From contig CM000429.1 of the NCBI GenBank assembly GCA_000165345.1, positions 288,001 to 352,000 of the forward strand: a DNA stretch of 64,000 nucleotides, given 5' to 3'. The number at the start of each line of letters is the position of its first letter. The stretch's first letter is position 1. Positions 63,287 through 64,000 of this stretch are shown here, one piece after another. Below the pieces are notes generated by a model. That model searched no databases. It was not told where the DNA came from and saw only the letters and a list, made by a program, of their open reading frames with translations. The translations under genes and the position numbers were made by a program.

Positions 63287-64000
63287 TTAGATAGAACTTT
63301 TGTTTCTTGAGTGAAATCTTTGTATCCAACGTGAAAGCCTTTGCTCAGATTCGAAAATGATATCATCCCCTTTTCTGAAGGTTGTTGTACTTTTTATATT
63401 ACTTTCATTTATGCTGGAGTTCGATGAATTGCTCGAAATTCCTGAATAAACTGGTGTCCGGATGCTTTCTTCAACATTGGCTTCGTTTCCTATGATTAAT
63501 TGCCTTCTTACGTAACAAAGGCTTTGATCCTTAAAATCGGGGATGGGCTGTTTTTTTGGATAACATTTGTCTTTATGACCGTTTAATCTAGTCGGTGCAG
63601 TAACGGGTGAATACGCACATACCTTCGAATTTGATTTACAAAATACATCTGCAGATCCAGGAACGTTATCCTGGGACCCAAAATTGTATACAGGAGTTTT
63701 TCTCTTTGGAGTAATGTAAGATATCTTTTCATTTTCTTTCCCGGTAGAAATCCCTGTGTATTCTATTTTTTGTGAGACACCTTGATTTGAAACTCTTTTA
63801 TATTCTTGGTTAACTGAATTAACAGTATTTTGACTAATATTTTCATTATTTGAACATGCTATTCCAGTGCTAGCAGATGAATCGATAGATTCGTCTAGAG
63901 TAGATTCCTCTGGAATTATTTTCTTCCCAGATATTTGATCGCCTTTTAATAACGATTCTAGATAACGGTTATAACTAAGAATTTTTTGGTATTCATACAT
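63287..64000 (-). CDS. hypothetical Ser/Asn-rich protein; the 5' end may lie beyond the window
   Basis: Open minus-strand frame to the last base of the window (ATG at 63998-64000). Confidence 0.4.
   Translation of the reverse strand: MYEYQKILSYNRYLESLLKGDQISGKKIIPEESTLDESIDSSASTGIACSNNENISQNTVNSVNQEYKRVSNQGVSQKIEYTGISTGKENEKISYITPKRKTPVYNFGSQDNVPGSADVFCKSNSKVCAYSPVTAPTRLNGHKDKCYPKKQPIPDFKDQSLCYVRRQLIIGNEANVEESIRTPVYSGISSNSSNSSINESNIKSTTTFRKGDDIIFESEQRLSRWIQRFHSRNKSSI

Noticed and set aside
1-64000. Prokaryote-type features (CRISPR arrays, operons, RBS, rho-independent terminators, insertion sequences) and rRNA/tRNA genes
   Set aside because: No direct-repeat/spacer arrays, no rDNA-like conserved blocks and no tRNA-like structures were found. 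The gene structure (introns, monocistronic divergent and convergent units, eukaryotic protein families) is eukaryotic.

Overview
This is a gene-dense, AT-rich (roughly 30% GC) eukaryotic window with standard stop codons and about 30 protein-coding genes on both strands. Intergenic spacers are short (0.2-0.7 kb) and the few introns I see are short (50-86 nt, GTAAGT/GTATGT...AG). A palindromic E2F-type motif, TTGGCGCCAA or close variants, recurs in nearly every 5' intergenic region, together with TGCATGCA (AP2-type) boxes. These properties together point to an apicomplexan of the Cryptosporidium type; that attribution is inference from the sequence, not a database match.

Recognisable genes are a RAD54-like SNF2 ATPase (partial, at the left edge), an NDR/LATS-type AGC kinase, a Sec14/CRAL-TRIO protein, a PPPDE-PUB-UBA peptidase, a multi-KH protein, a TPR-GT41 (OGT/SPINDLY-like) glycosyltransferase, CstF-64, CHMP1/Did2, a second SNF2 (Fun30/SMARCAD1-like) ATPase, an ATM1-like ABCB half-transporter, a ZGRF1/Mte1-type DUF2439 protein, calcineurin B, a DHHC palmitoyltransferase and Mre11. 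The rest are lineage-specific hypothetical proteins, including a 2,444-aa secreted protein built from a novel internal repeat and two other large signal-peptide proteins.

The plain ORF track misses or truncates several genes. Restoring conserved N-termini requires short introns in CstF-64, CHMP1, Mre11 and calcineurin B. The calcineurin B model includes a 5-nt first exon, ATGGG, that restores the canonical Met-Gly-Asn-Glu start. Several track ORFs begin at TTG/GTG; I give the ATG-based starts instead. I found no rRNA or tRNA genes, no transposons and no prokaryote-type features.
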